Source: Promethearchaeota archaeon
Lineage (GTDB): Archaea > Asgardarchaeota > Lokiarchaeia > Sigyniarchaeales > SOKP01
Direction of reading: 5' to 3'
Length of the DNA: 64,000 bases
Assembly: GCA_019058245.1 (NCBI GenBank)
Contig: JAHPZJ010000008.1
Span: 80,619-144,618 of the forward strand
Shown: one piece after another, positions 31,254-42,178 of the stretch
How positions within the stretch are numbered: position 1 is the first letter of the stretch
Layout of the letters: the number at the start of each line of letters is the position of its first letter
Program-made: the position numbers and the translations under genes
The notes under the pieces: generated by a model
The model's input: only the letters and a program-made list of their open reading frames with translations
Database searches by the model: none
Told to the model about the DNA's origin: nothing

Positions 31254-32495
31254 CTAATAATTCTCATCTTTAGTTTTAGAAGGTATTTGTTTAACTTGTT
31301 GAGCTAATTCCATTGCTAATTTTTCACCTTTTTCAAGTTCTTCCAATGTGGGATAACCATTAAAAGTGAGTGGTTCAAGAATATCCCAGTGCATATTTTC
31401 AGCTAGATTATCAAAATCTTTCTTAGCACCCCCACTCCATCCGTAAGATCCAAAATAAAACACCTTTTTATGGGTAATACGCTTTTTTCGCAATAATTCC
31501 ATAAAGTATTTCATTGGTGGAAACATACTATATTCATAAGTAGGGGCCCCTATTATTAAGCCAGCACATCTATAAGCATTTGAAAGAATAAATGAGGGAT
31601 CCTCATTAGGTACTCGATGAACTTTTATAGGTACTCCTACTTTTCCAATACCTCTTAAAACAGAATTCAACATTACTTCTGTGTTTCCATACATACTCCC
31701 CCACACTACACAAATCGCTGGTTCTGCATAATCCTTATTGTAATTTGAATAACGTTGATATTTCTTTACTATTACTTCTGGAGATTTCCGCCAAATTAAA
31801 CCGTGCGAGGGTGCAATCATATTGATTTTTAATCCAGATAATTTCTCAATTGCATTCAACACATTACCCGAGAACGTAGATATTATATTTGCATAATAAC
31901 GTAGCGTTTCCTCTTCCCAATATGGCTTACTTTCATCTGATGTCTCATCCTCAAATATACATCCTTGATGAACACCAAAAGCTCCAAATGCATCACCTGA
32001 AAATAAGATTCCTGAATTTGTTTCATAAGTAACCATAGTCTCTGGCCAATGTACATTTGGGATTTCAGTAAATTCTAATTTCTTATTGTCTCCTAAATCT
32101 ATTACATCACCAGTTTTTACAGGTTTTAAATTATTTTCAATTTGATAAAAAGCTTTAACAAGATTCACTCCTTTCTGGGTTGAAACAATCTCGGCATCTG
32201 GAGACAAAGAGTTTAATAAATAAGTAAATCCTGTATGATCAGGTTCGAGGTGATTTAAAATAATATAATCAATATCTGTCAATTTAATTGAAATTGATTC
32301 TAGATTTTTAAGCAATGTTAGTGCTGCGCCCCCCCATTCTCTAACCAACTCAATTATAGCTATCTTATCCCCTTTTATAACATAAGAATTTAAAGCAACG
32401 CCATTAGGGATTGGCCATATACCCTCAAACAAATCTTCTGTATGTACATTAGCTCCAATCCAAAATACATCATCAGTTAATTTTATTGCAACCAT
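31254..32495 (-). CDS. fprA: Flavodiiron protein (FprA; O2/NO reductase)
   Basis: NHLEPDH, HWPE, FSGDAFG, APSHG, SMYGNT, FGSYGWSGG. Confidence 0.93.
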   Translation of the reverse strand: MVAIKLTDDVFWIGANVHTEDLFEGIWPIPNGVALNSYVIKGDKIAIIELVREWGGAALTLLKNLESISIKLTDIDYIILNHLEPDHTGFTYLLNSLSPDAEIVSTQKGVNLVKAFYQIENNLKPVKTGDVIDLGDNKKLEFTEIPNVHWPETMVTYETNSGILFSGDAFGAFGVHQGCIFEDETSDESKPYWEEETLRYYANIISTFSGNVLNAIEKLSGLKINMIAPSHGLIWRKSPEVIVKKYQRYSNYNKDYAEPAICVVWGSMYGNTEVMLNSVLRGIGKVGVPIKVHRVPNEDPSFILSNAYRCAGLIIGAPTYEYSMFPPMKYFMELLRKKRITHKKVFYFGSYGWSGGAKKDFDNLAENMHWDILEPLTFNGYPTLEELEKGEKLAMELAQQVKQIPSKTKDENY

Positions 32496-32746
32496 TAATT
32501 TTCACATATCTATTTTATAATATCATTAAATCAATTATCTATATTTAGTTATACTCTAGGAATTATAATTTAAATTTAATCCTAGTAGTTATTAAAGAGG
32601 ATTATCTCTTAGATATAAAATATTCAATTTATTAAATCTTGAGACATTCAATATTAAATTAAAATTAGAAATCACATTTATTAATTTATTTTGCTTAATT
32701 ATACTGATAGTTATAAAATTAAAAATAGGCTAAAGGTCTTTATAAA

Positions 32747-33328
32747 ATGCTACCTATTGGTCGTTTAATGGCAGAACATAGATTAATTGAAAGGATGATT
32801 GAAATTCTTAAAATAGAAATTAAAAATATAGAAAATATCCATGATTTTCATCCTAATTTTATTGATAACACAGTCGATTTCATAAAAACTTATGCTGATC
32901 AAACTCATCATGGTAAAGAGGAAGATATTCTCTTTAGAGAGCTTCAAAAAAAAGATATTTCAAAAGATCATAAGAAGATTATGAATGAACTTATCGAAGA
33001 ACATATATTTGGAAGAAGAACAACAGGAGAATTAATCGAAGCTAAAATTAAATATGTTAAAGGAGATATTAGTGCGATGGAAAATATCATTAACAAAATT
33101 CGTGTATTAATTGAATTTTACCCTAAACATATTGAAAAAGAAGATAAGCATTTTTTCATCCCAGTAATGGACTATTTCACGGAAGATGAGCAAGATGTCA
33201 TGAATAAGGAATTTCAGGAGTTTGATAGGAAAATGATTCATAAGAAATATGATAAGTTAGTTACCACGTGGGAAGATGAACGTGCTATAAAGAAAAAACA
33301 AAAACCTGATTGGATTGTATATGTTTAA
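32747..33328 (+). CDS. Hemerythrin-domain protein
   Basis: EHRLI, HHGKEE, EEH, HIEKED. Confidence 0.92.
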   Translation: MLPIGRLMAEHRLIERMIEILKIEIKNIENIHDFHPNFIDNTVDFIKTYADQTHHGKEEDILFRELQKKDISKDHKKIMNELIEEHIFGRRTTGELIEAKIKYVKGDISAMENIINKIRVLIEFYPKHIEKEDKHFFIPVMDYFTEDEQDVMNKEFQEFDRKMIHKKYDKLVTTWEDERAIKKKQKPDWIVYV

Positions 33329-33431
33329 CCAATTATTTCTTGAATTGTTTGAATAAAAGATAATTTCTTTATTTTACAAACAGAATTTCTTAATTTTCAG
33401 TTTTTCAGAGAATGTTTTTTAATCTTTGATA

Positions 33432-34091
33432 TTATAACTCAATTTTAATCCCATAAAACAATAATTCTTTTAAAAATTGCTCAGTATATGAAAATAAAAG
33501 TGTGTGAAATCCGAATGATTTAGCAATGTCTATTATTTCAGAACTATCGTCGATTAAAAGAGCTTCAGAAGGCTTACAATGAAGATGGTTTAATAATTCA
33601 TAATAAAATTCTCGATCGGTCTTTAAATAATGATAATCGTAGCTAAAGAAAGATTTATGAAAAAGTTTTAAAAAATTATAACGTGAATCAAGAAAATTTA
33701 TCCTTTCTTCAATATTTCCGCTAAAAACTATTAATCGATAATTTTCATGTAGAATTTGTAGAATTTTAAGAATATGAAAATATGGAAGATAGTTAGAGAA
33801 CCAAATCATTCGTAAATTTTGTAAGTCTTTCTCAATAATTTTAAATTTAGAATAAAATTTTGCCTCAAATTCATCCATCGAGAGATGACCTAATCTTAAT
33901 AAACCTCCTTCATTATCAGGTTCACTTTTAAAGAATAGATTAAGAGCGTTTAAATCCTTAATATGATACCTTTCAACTAATTTTACCAAAGTCAAATGAG
34001 TTCCTGAAGTAAATACCACACCACCTAGATCAAAAACTATAGTTTTAATTTTGTTTTTAGTAGGAATATCTATCAATTCGTCAAGACTCAT
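33432..34091 (-). CDS. HAD-superfamily phosphatase
   Basis: VFDLGGV, FSGN, K, LIDD. Confidence 0.85.
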   Translation of the reverse strand: MSLDELIDIPTKNKIKTIVFDLGGVVFTSGTHLTLVKLVERYHIKDLNALNLFFKSEPDNEGGLLRLGHLSMDEFEAKFYSKFKIIEKDLQNLRMIWFSNYLPYFHILKILQILHENYRLIVFSGNIEERINFLDSRYNFLKLFHKSFFSYDYHYLKTDREFYYELLNHLHCKPSEALLIDDSSEIIDIAKSFGFHTLLFSYTEQFLKELLFYGIKIEL

Positions 34092-34192
34092 TAAATCAGT
34101 CTAATTTTGATTATAACATTTATAAAATTCTTTAAATAAATCTATATTTTCAATTAAAATATTAATAATTATGGCTATATTCTATAAATTTT

Positions 34193-35122
34193 TTAGCATT
34201 TAGATCTGTTTATAAGCCCTTGTAAATCCTTTAACCTGCTTCTTAATGTTACCTCTGTTATTTTTGCAACTTGAGCAATTTCTACTTGATTTTTTTTAAA
34301 ATTAGTTTTATTAGCAACCAAATATAACGCCGCAGCCGCTAATCCTTTGGGATCTTTTCCAATAATAGGTAAACCTTTTTTAGAACTTTCTTGAAGCAAA
34401 TTTAGCGCTTTAATTTTTATTTCTTCTGGTAATTCTAGTTTATTACCAAAAAGAAAAACAAGCTTATCAACGGAAATTGGATGGTATTCCAAATGTAAAA
34501 TCGGAAGTATTTGCCTAATGATCATCCCTAAAGACCTAAATAATGTACGGTTAGGGACCATAGAGACATCAGCTACATCATCGAGTAATTTTGGGAATTC
34601 ATGAATTCTTATAGCAGCATATAATGAAGCGGCAATAAATCCTTCAATTGACCTCCCCATCGTTAATTTTTGCTTAGCTACTTCACAATATATTCTCCAA
34701 GCTGTTTCAGTAATGTAAATAGGCATATTGAGTTTTGAAGCATACAATTTTAATTTAGGTTGTGCTTCCCAAAAATTCCTTTCTAAAGAATTTATAAGAG
34801 ATCTTTGAATTTTAGAAAGCCTTGAAAACAATAAATTATTCTTCGCATTTAGAAGATTTCCTTGAGAATCAATTCTAGTACTTGGAAGTATTGTTCTTGG
34901 ACCAAATTCTCTCCATGAAGGTTCAGTTTGTCTTCTTTTTTTAACTTCTTCATTGGTGTATGCTCTTTTTTCATTTTCTACTAAAACTTGACCTAGGATG
35001 GTTCCACAATTTGTACAAACCTTACTCCCTCCTTTATATTCAACACATGGATTATCACAACAATGATCTACTTCTGGACAGATATTGATTGGTTCAAATC
35101 TATGTATATACTTATAAATTAT
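34193..35122 (-). CDS. tfb: Transcription initiation factor IIB; the reading frame extends 97 codons beyond the track's TTG, with a probable ATA start
   Basis: Two cyclin repeats, GKDPKGLAAAALY, TEVTLRSR. The upstream in-frame Zn ribbon (CCDNP...VCTNCG, EKRAYT, FGPRT) is open to TAG 35134 with no ATG/GTG/TTG. Confidence 0.88.
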   Translation of the reverse strand: MIYKYIHRFEPINICPEVDHCCDNPCVEYKGGSKVCTNCGTILGQVLVENEKRAYTNEEVKKRRQTEPSWREFGPRTILPSTRIDSQGNLLNAKNNLLFSRLSKIQRSLINSLERNFWEAQPKLKLYASKLNMPIYITETAWRIYCEVAKQKLTMGRSIEGFIAASLYAAIRIHEFPKLLDDVADVSMVPNRTLFRSLGMIIRQILPILHLEYHPISVDKLVFLFGNKLELPEEIKIKALNLLQESSKKGLPIIGKDPKGLAAAALYLVANKTNFKKNQVEIAQVAKITEVTLRSRLKDLQGLINRSKC

Positions 35123-35517
35123 AAATTCCCCCTAAATATTGTTTTTTAAATCTCTATAATTGAGAAAAGAATCAGTGAATTTCTTTTCCAGTAGTTGGAT
35201 ATAAATACAAAAAGAAAAATCTATGTCTTATATATAATAAGAAATAGACTGATTTTTTAGAGATTTAGCATTAAAATTATTCATTGAATTATACAATAAT
35301 TTCGCATTAAATAGCAAAATCTTATGATAAAATAAACTTTAACATATATAAATAATAAAGTAATGACAATCTGGAGCCTACCAGTAAATTAGAACTCCAA
35401 TAAAGCTATCTCCACAAAAATAATGGAGATTAGAATGTAGTGCTTCTTTTTGATAATTCAATTATTATTTATTTAATTTTTAAGTTTGATTTTAGAAACC
35501 TTACCATCCTAAAAAAA

Positions 35518-35781
35518 TTATTTTTTATCTGAATCCTTAATAATTTCCGCAGATTTCTCCATTGAAATTATTTCTGAAAGCTCTATATTGTAATCAAAAT
35601 CATAATAATCTCTTATATTATAATGCTGATCAATAAAAATAACATAGGAATGCTCACAAGTGAAGTTTTCATCAATATTTAGCAAACAAAGCCCACTTGC
35701 CTTAAATTTGATTTGCTCCTCATCAATAGAAAGCATACGGTTTTTTGAACATTTAGGACATCTTATATTTATAACAACCAT
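35518..35781 (-). CDS. Short Zn-binding-domain protein, paralog of the N-terminus of 35899-36789
   Basis: CPKCSKNR...NIDENFTCEHSY...IRDY shared with its neighbour. Confidence 0.75.
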   Translation of the reverse strand: MVVINIRCPKCSKNRMLSIDEEQIKFKASGLCLLNIDENFTCEHSYVIFIDQHYNIRDYYDFDYNIELSEIISMEKSAEIIKDSDKK

Positions 35782-35898
35782 AATAGCATGGATTTAGCCA
35801 ATTAAAAATTTAACAATATATTGTATTAGAAAGAACCACAAATAAAGTTTTCCATACTCAAAATAAGAAGTTTTAAGCTTGTTTTTAATATTTTACTA

Positions 35899-36789
35899 CT
35901 ATAAATCCTTTAATCCAAACCTATATTTATCTGGATTTAAACGATAATACCCCACTGAATCTTTCCACTTTGAAAACTTTACTGGAAAATCGAAATATTC
36001 ATTAACTATTTCCATCAGAAAGTCTAAATATTGCTGAGTTATTTTGGTACCACGTACAAAAGAGATATGATCAACAATACTTTCGATGTAGATATTTTGG
36101 TTCTTTTCTTGATTTTCTATAAATTCACATATAATTCTTGCTAAGTCACGAGCATTTTTTATATGATTCCTTAATTGTGTTATGCCCACCGAAGTATCTG
36201 GAGCATCGATGTATGTATTTATTATTCTCTTTTCTATTTTTAACCTTTTTATATCAATAAAATCATAAGGGTTCTTTAATACAGTAGATGTATCCAAAAC
36301 TATATGTTTTTTATATTTAGATTTAAATTTTTTATATTCCGCTTTTGATACAAGTTCCATTTCAAACTCAAAAAGCCTTTTAGTGATCTCTTCAAAAAAA
36401 GGGATAAGATTATCATAATAAATATTTTTATCTCGAATGATAAGAATTGGCTTTTTAGAAATAATTGCTTTAAAAATAATAGTGATTATATTTGCAGTAA
36501 GATTCATTTTGACTAGATCAAAGTCATAAGAGGGCCTTGATTCGTCTATAACTTTTACAGGTTCTTCCTCGGGTATTAATTCTGGAAGTTCAATATCATA
36601 GTCAAAATTAAAATAATCCCTAATATTGAATTGTCGATCTAAATAGGCAATATAAGAATGTTCACATGTGAAATTTTCATCAATATTTAAAGAAAAAAGA
36701 CCACTATCTTTAAATTGAATTTGGTCTTCATTAATAGTTAAAAAACGGTTTTTTGAACATTTTGGACAAATAATATTTAATTTAACCAT
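35899..36789 (-). CDS. Hypothetical protein with an N-terminal CxxC...CxH Zn-binding domain
   Basis: CPKC, CEH, followed by an alpha/beta C-terminal domain. Confidence 0.8.
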   Translation of the reverse strand: MVKLNIICPKCSKNRFLTINEDQIQFKDSGLFSLNIDENFTCEHSYIAYLDRQFNIRDYFNFDYDIELPELIPEEEPVKVIDESRPSYDFDLVKMNLTANIITIIFKAIISKKPILIIRDKNIYYDNLIPFFEEITKRLFEFEMELVSKAEYKKFKSKYKKHIVLDTSTVLKNPYDFIDIKRLKIEKRIINTYIDAPDTSVGITQLRNHIKNARDLARIICEFIENQEKNQNIYIESIVDHISFVRGTKITQQYLDFLMEIVNEYFDFPVKFSKWKDSVGYYRLNPDKYRFGLKDL

Positions 36790-36848
36790 TATAGAGAGGC
36801 GTTTTTACATTAAGCAATTATTTTTATAGAGTATTTGGATAGAAAAGT

Positions 36849-36867
36849 AAATAAAGATTTCGGTACT
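36849..36867 (-). promoter_or_regulatory. BRE/TATA promoter, duplicated at 35840-35858
   Basis: AGTACCGAAATCTTTATTT lies 60 nt before ATG 36789; AGTATGGAAAACTTTATTT lies 59 nt before ATG 35781. Confidence 0.55.
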
Positions 36868-36959
36868 TCTTAAATATTGTTTCAATCATGGTTTAAAATA
36901 AGCTTTTTATGAATAAACTTCTTACATATAAATTATTATTATTTTATTAGAAAAAATTA

Positions 36960-38186
36960 TTGATTAAAATGTTTAAATTTAAGATTAACAAGTCAATGAT
37001 TCATGGTTCTGTAGAACCGGGATTTGAAGAAGTGAAAGAAGAATTTATTAATAATTTTGAAAAAGGAGAAGAAGTTGGAGCTGCTTTTTCGGCATATTAT
37101 AAAGGTAAAAAAGTTGTGGATTTATGGGGAGGATACCGTGATGCAAAAACCAAAGATCCATGGAAGGAAGACACATTAGTTCTTGTTTTTTCTACAACTA
37201 AAGGTATTTCGGGATTAGCTTGTGCTCTCGCACATTCGAAGGGTTATTTTGAATATGATGAAAAGGTATCAAAATATTGGCCCAAATTTGCCCAGAATGA
37301 CAAAGATAATATAACAGTGAGACAGCTATTATCACACAAAGCAGGATTGTGCGCAATAGATGAACCATTAGATATAGATAAACTCGGGGATCCTGATAAG
37401 ATGAAAATTGCAATCGAAACGCAAAAACCCTTATGGGAACCAGGAAAAATGCATGGATATCATGGAATAACACTTGGTTGGTATGAGAGTGAATTAATTA
37501 GAAAGACAGATCCTCAACATCGAACTATTGGTCAATTCTTTCGTGATGAAATTGCAAAACCACTAGGATTGGAGATTTATATAGGATTACCAGATGATGT
37601 ACCTGATCATCGGATCGCAAATTTATATTCTCCATTTTATAAGTTTCGAATGATTTTTAATACAGATAAATATCCTAAACCTTTTGTAAAAGCATTTATG
37701 AAAAAAGGTACTATTACAAACAGAACTTTTTCCAATCCTAAAGTGCTACAAACGGCAAAAAATTATAACACACGGGAATTGCGTAAAATAGAATTGCCAG
37801 CTGCAAATGGGATAGTTCAAGTCAGAGATGTGGCAAAATTATATAGTATTTTTGCATCTGGAGGCAAAGAATTAAATATTAAGACAGAAACAATGAATGC
37901 TTTAATGAAACCCGCTGCTGTTCCAGATTTAGGAACTCTTGATCAGGTCCTTCAGATTAATTTGCGTTACTCTTTAGGATTCTTAAAACCATCAGTAGAC
38001 TTTCATTTTGGCACAGATGAAAAAGCATTTGGTACATCTGGAACTGGTGGCTCATTTGGATGCGCTGATCCTAACACTCAATCGAGTTATTGCTATGCTA
38101 TGAACAATCTTGGTTTTTATATAGTAGCTGATCCTCGTGAAAAAATATTAGCAGACACTTTTTTTAAGTGTATCAAAAATTTATAA
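36960..38186 (+). CDS. Beta-lactamase-family serine hydrolase (esterase)
   Basis: VVDLWGG, FSTTK (SxxK), LLSHKAGL, HGYH, GTGGS. Confidence 0.9.
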   Translation: MIKMFKFKINKSMIHGSVEPGFEEVKEEFINNFEKGEEVGAAFSAYYKGKKVVDLWGGYRDAKTKDPWKEDTLVLVFSTTKGISGLACALAHSKGYFEYDEKVSKYWPKFAQNDKDNITVRQLLSHKAGLCAIDEPLDIDKLGDPDKMKIAIETQKPLWEPGKMHGYHGITLGWYESELIRKTDPQHRTIGQFFRDEIAKPLGLEIYIGLPDDVPDHRIANLYSPFYKFRMIFNTDKYPKPFVKAFMKKGTITNRTFSNPKVLQTAKNYNTRELRKIELPAANGIVQVRDVAKLYSIFASGGKELNIKTETMNALMKPAAVPDLGTLDQVLQINLRYSLGFLKPSVDFHFGTDEKAFGTSGTGGSFGCADPNTQSSYCYAMNNLGFYIVADPREKILADTFFKCIKNL

Positions 38187-38318
38187 TTTCTATATATAAT
38201 ATTCTCTATATTCTTTTCAATGATTAGTATATTTAAAAAATGAATAAAAAAAAGCCTTTTATGAATAATAGTCCTGAGATTTCATTATTAAATCCCACTA
38301 TCTTTCTTAGTATATAGA

Positions 38319-39500
38319 TTATAGAGGAAGGATTTTTCCATTTTTTATTATGTATTTATTCTTTAGTATGTTTGGATTCTCCATAATTGTTTTCATTATT
38401 TGGGCATCAGTTTTTTTCTTTTTCTCAAGAATCTTAAGTATTGGTGTTTCACCTATAGCCATTTGTGCTAATTCAGTAATATAATATGAATTAATATTCC
38501 TTTTAATAGCATATGTCGATAGATTTGAAAGACAGCCTGTGCAAATATGGGCTATTATATCTGCATTTATATTTTCTGCTTCGGATATTCTCTCTTCTGC
38601 GATTTTCGTTCCCAATTTTCTACTTGATGAAGAAACAGGTAAACCACAACAATGAGAATTTTCTCGATTGTATTTCATCTCTACAACCTCTGCGCCAAGA
38701 ATCTCAAGAAATTCCCTTGGACCATCGTATATTTTCTTGTCGTATATCCTCCACGTACAGGGATCTTGAAATGCAATTCTTTTATTTATCTTCTGTTTGA
38801 TTTTGAATTCACCTTTATGATATTTTTCAATAAAATATTCAATAACAGTTTGAGCTTCTATGTTAAAATCTTCAATAATAGAAGGATAAATATTTCTGAT
38901 CATAGTATCACATCCTGGACAGAAGGTAATGAGTTTTTTTATTCCTAGTGTCTTGAGTTTTTCATAAAATTCTAACCCTTTTATTTTACTCTCTTTTTCA
39001 CCAAAATAAGAATATGCATAAGCAGAACAACAATATTTCATTCCTCCCAACAAGGGGAAATCCTCAAACAATTTAGTGTTAGCCAACTCTTGATAAAAAT
39101 AAGAAATACCACACCCCAAATAGAACATTGTATCGCATTTTGGGGGATTTTCATATTTAATTATTTGTTGTTGTTTTTGCTCCTTATCAATCTCAAATCC
39201 AATTTTCATCAAGTTATATGGCATTTCTTCACTAATAATTCCTATACATCTAACCCCATTCTCACGATGGTTTTTCATTCGTAATTCTCTTATTAGTTCA
39301 ACAGGATTTGATCCCGTAGGACAAATTATATTGCAATAACCACAACCTGTGCATTCTTTAATTATTTTTTCTGATATTCTCGTCTCAATCATTTTACTAA
39401 TTTCTTCTTTAGCAATTTCTATCGGTAATTGCATTGTTGGACACTTTTCAAGACATATTCCACACCGTAAACAAGTATTTTCATTAAACATAATCATCAA
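38319..39500 (-). CDS. Fe-S oxidoreductase (HdrD/GlpC-like; 4Fe-4S dicluster plus CCG domains)
   Basis: CLRCGICLEKCP, CTGCGYCNIICP, CC, CPGC, QDPC, CCG, CTGC. Confidence 0.88.
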   Translation of the reverse strand: MMIMFNENTCLRCGICLEKCPTMQLPIEIAKEEISKMIETRISEKIIKECTGCGYCNIICPTGSNPVELIRELRMKNHRENGVRCIGIISEEMPYNLMKIGFEIDKEQKQQQIIKYENPPKCDTMFYLGCGISYFYQELANTKLFEDFPLLGGMKYCCSAYAYSYFGEKESKIKGLEFYEKLKTLGIKKLITFCPGCDTMIRNIYPSIIEDFNIEAQTVIEYFIEKYHKGEFKIKQKINKRIAFQDPCTWRIYDKKIYDGPREFLEILGAEVVEMKYNRENSHCCGLPVSSSSRKLGTKIAEERISEAENINADIIAHICTGCLSNLSTYAIKRNINSYYITELAQMAIGETPILKILEKKKKTDAQIMKTIMENPNILKNKYIIKNGKILPL

Positions 39501-39536
39501 CTCTAAAGTCTTATATAAATAAGTTTTATATAAAAA

Positions 39537-41018
39537 TTATACTTTCCCTATTATTCCATCCCATGCTTTTCGTTCTTTTTCGAATAATGCATGAGCGACT
39601 TTACATTCTTTTCCAAATAATAACGTGGTTCTAGTTTTTTTATCATAAGTGGGCCATTGTGGTATACCATCATGATTTGGATTACCAGTATGAGCAAATG
39701 AAAGCCAAGCATCCATCATATTTTCACATAAATTTCCTATATCAGATGCATCACCCACAAGACCATCCGCTCCAGGTACTTTAAGAGTATTAAATACAAA
39801 TGGGATTTCAAGAGCATGACAAGCACCAAGGCGTCCATTTAATACGGAAGTTTCCCATGTAAATAAGTAATTATAAGTATTTTGTTGATAGATGGATTGT
39901 GCTTCAAGTATTTGTAGTGTTGCAACTCGAATCATTAGATCAGTAACAATAGAATCCAATAATTCTTTAGGATCATTTGGAAAGATTCCCGCTCGCGCCT
40001 CTTTATAAGTTTCAATAATATTTCTAGCTTTCTCAGAATTTATTCCATTCATACCTAAATAAGCCATTATAGTTTTTTCATCCTTTATTTCACGTGTAGC
40101 AGGATTCAATGCAGTAAAAAGCTTGCCTTCATGTAGGTTAGATCCCATCATTAAATCAATATTTTTACATTTACCCTCCTTGAATAGGGTTAAAGGATGC
40201 ACGGGAAATGTATCACCATCGATTATTGGCCTAAATAATAGTCCTCCTTTATTAGTGATTTCATTTTGAGCTTTTATAATTTCTTCAGCTGGTACTTTAC
40301 GTAATGCATTAATATCTTTATTTTTAATCCCTAAAGCCCTCATCAAATCTTTTGTAGGTTTTTTTAACACTTTGGGATCAATAGTTGGCATACTTTGTGC
40401 TATAATACGACGAAAGAGACCCTTAGCAGCAGGCATCGCTGTTAGAGTAATAACAGAATAAGCACCTGCAGATTCTCCAAAAATTGTAATATTATCTGGA
40501 TCACCCCCAAATTTAGTAATATTATCATTAACCCATTTTAATGCTAAAACCTGATCTAATTGTCCTGCATTTGCAGTTTCACCAGGAATAAAAAGATATC
40601 CAAAAGCACCCAATCGATAATTTATCGTTACTATAACAACATCACCACGTTTAGCTAAATGAGATCCATCAAAGGCGGGTGCTCTACTTCCACGTATAGT
40701 GAAACCCCCACCATGTATCCAAAACATTACTGGCCTCTTCTTATTATCAATTGCAGGAGTCCAAATATTAAGTGTTAAACAATCTTCGCTTTCGGGTTGA
40801 AGTTTATCGCCTAAAACTTCTAAAAATGAATATCCTTGAAATGCACAGGGTCCAAATTCTGTAGTTTCTAACACACCATCCCAAGGTTTTTTAGCTTGTG
40901 GAGGACTAAATCGTAAATCACCAACAGGAGGCTCAGCATAAGGAATACCTTTAAAAATTTGCACACCATTTTCAGTATAACCTTTTATTTTTCCAAAACT
41001 GGTTTGTACAATTGTCAT
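39537..41018 (-). CDS. Type-B carboxylesterase (PnbA-like)
   Basis: FKGIPYA, SEDCLTLN, WIHGGGF, FGESAG, GACH. Confidence 0.94.
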   Translation of the reverse strand: MTIVQTSFGKIKGYTENGVQIFKGIPYAEPPVGDLRFSPPQAKKPWDGVLETTEFGPCAFQGYSFLEVLGDKLQPESEDCLTLNIWTPAIDNKKRPVMFWIHGGGFTIRGSRAPAFDGSHLAKRGDVVIVTINYRLGAFGYLFIPGETANAGQLDQVLALKWVNDNITKFGGDPDNITIFGESAGAYSVITLTAMPAAKGLFRRIIAQSMPTIDPKVLKKPTKDLMRALGIKNKDINALRKVPAEEIIKAQNEITNKGGLLFRPIIDGDTFPVHPLTLFKEGKCKNIDLMMGSNLHEGKLFTALNPATREIKDEKTIMAYLGMNGINSEKARNIIETYKEARAGIFPNDPKELLDSIVTDLMIRVATLQILEAQSIYQQNTYNYLFTWETSVLNGRLGACHALEIPFVFNTLKVPGADGLVGDASDIGNLCENMMDAWLSFAHTGNPNHDGIPQWPTYDKKTRTTLLFGKECKVAHALFEKERKAWDGIIGKV

Positions 41019-41142
41019 ATTATCATAAAAATCTGCAATAAATATAAACTATGTATTTAATAAAAAAAAGAATAAAATTCCCTTTATTGTCTTTTATTGA
41101 ATATGTTCTTTTCTTCGAAATAATATTTACTTGATTATATCT

Positions 41143-41916
41143 TCATTTGATACCGTAAATTAAAGCCATGGTTTTTAATTCGGTTTTGATCACTTTGGGC
41201 ATTGGGATCTCATCTACTGTTTCAACAAAATTAACTTGCTGAATACCCCATTCCTTAATCTGTTTTATAAAATCCTCAATTAGACCATATCTTCTTTTAT
41301 TCAAAAATGTATCTTGTAGGGAGAATCTTCCACCCTTCTTTAAAACACGTAAAGACTCATTAACGAGCTCTCTTTTATCTCTTGTATCTCTAACTTCATG
41401 AAATACAAAATTGCTCACAATAGCATCAAATTCGCCTTCCTTAAAAGGCAAATTTGAGGCACTTGCTTTCTGAAATATAACTTGATCTGCTACTCCTTCA
41501 TGTTTAGCATTTTGTTCACATTGCTGTTTTGAATAATCCCAAGTTTTACCCCAATAATCAATTCCCCATATATTAGATTTAGGAAACTTTTTTGCTAGTT
41601 GAATTGCCAATCCTCCTGATCCCGTCCCAACGTCAAGTGCTTTCCCTTGTCCATTCCAAAGTAATTTCTGGATGACTAAATCCCATGTTTTAAATTGAAA
41701 TGCATTATTCTTTACTGAAAAATAATAAAAAAGATGCATCATATAAATGAAGGGTAAAAGCCATACACCTGCTAATACCCATAAAATAATCTTTATTATT
41801 GAAAGTATTGGAAATAAAGTAGGAATTAATAATAATAAAAATATCCCTAAAAAGAAATATATTATACTTCGAGAAACCCAATTTCCATAATTTATTGACT
41901 TGCTCATTTTTGCCAC
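41143..41916 (-). CDS. Membrane-anchored class I SAM methyltransferase
   Basis: LDVGTGSG, LPF..GEFDAIVSNFVFHEV, RVLKKGG. Confidence 0.9.
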   Translation of the reverse strand: MAKMSKSINYGNWVSRSIIYFFLGIFLLLLIPTLFPILSIIKIILWVLAGVWLLPFIYMMHLFYYFSVKNNAFQFKTWDLVIQKLLWNGQGKALDVGTGSGGLAIQLAKKFPKSNIWGIDYWGKTWDYSKQQCEQNAKHEGVADQVIFQKASASNLPFKEGEFDAIVSNFVFHEVRDTRDKRELVNESLRVLKKGGRFSLQDTFLNKRRYGLIEDFIKQIKEWGIQQVNFVETVDEIPMPKVIKTELKTMALIYGIK

Positions 41917-42178
41917 TAATACATGTTATTTTTGATTATTGATAGTTAATTCTTATATTTAAATTTAGTTGTGCCTAATTTGATCTATTTATTACCATAA
42001 TATAAATAGTATAGAGAAATATAAGTTTTTATTATAAGTGTATTAGATAATCATTAATCCTTAAAATTCTAAAAGAATATTTTGATTGGATTTCCTTATA
42101 CTTTTTTTTCTTAAAGACATGGATTTTTCCGGATCACATGAAAGAAATCAACCTTCTCATATTTTATCCAAGCATCAT

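Noticed and set aside
35408-35430. ATCTCCA-N9-TGGAGAT inverted repeat
   Set aside because: A 7-bp stem is expected by chance, and there is no supporting context
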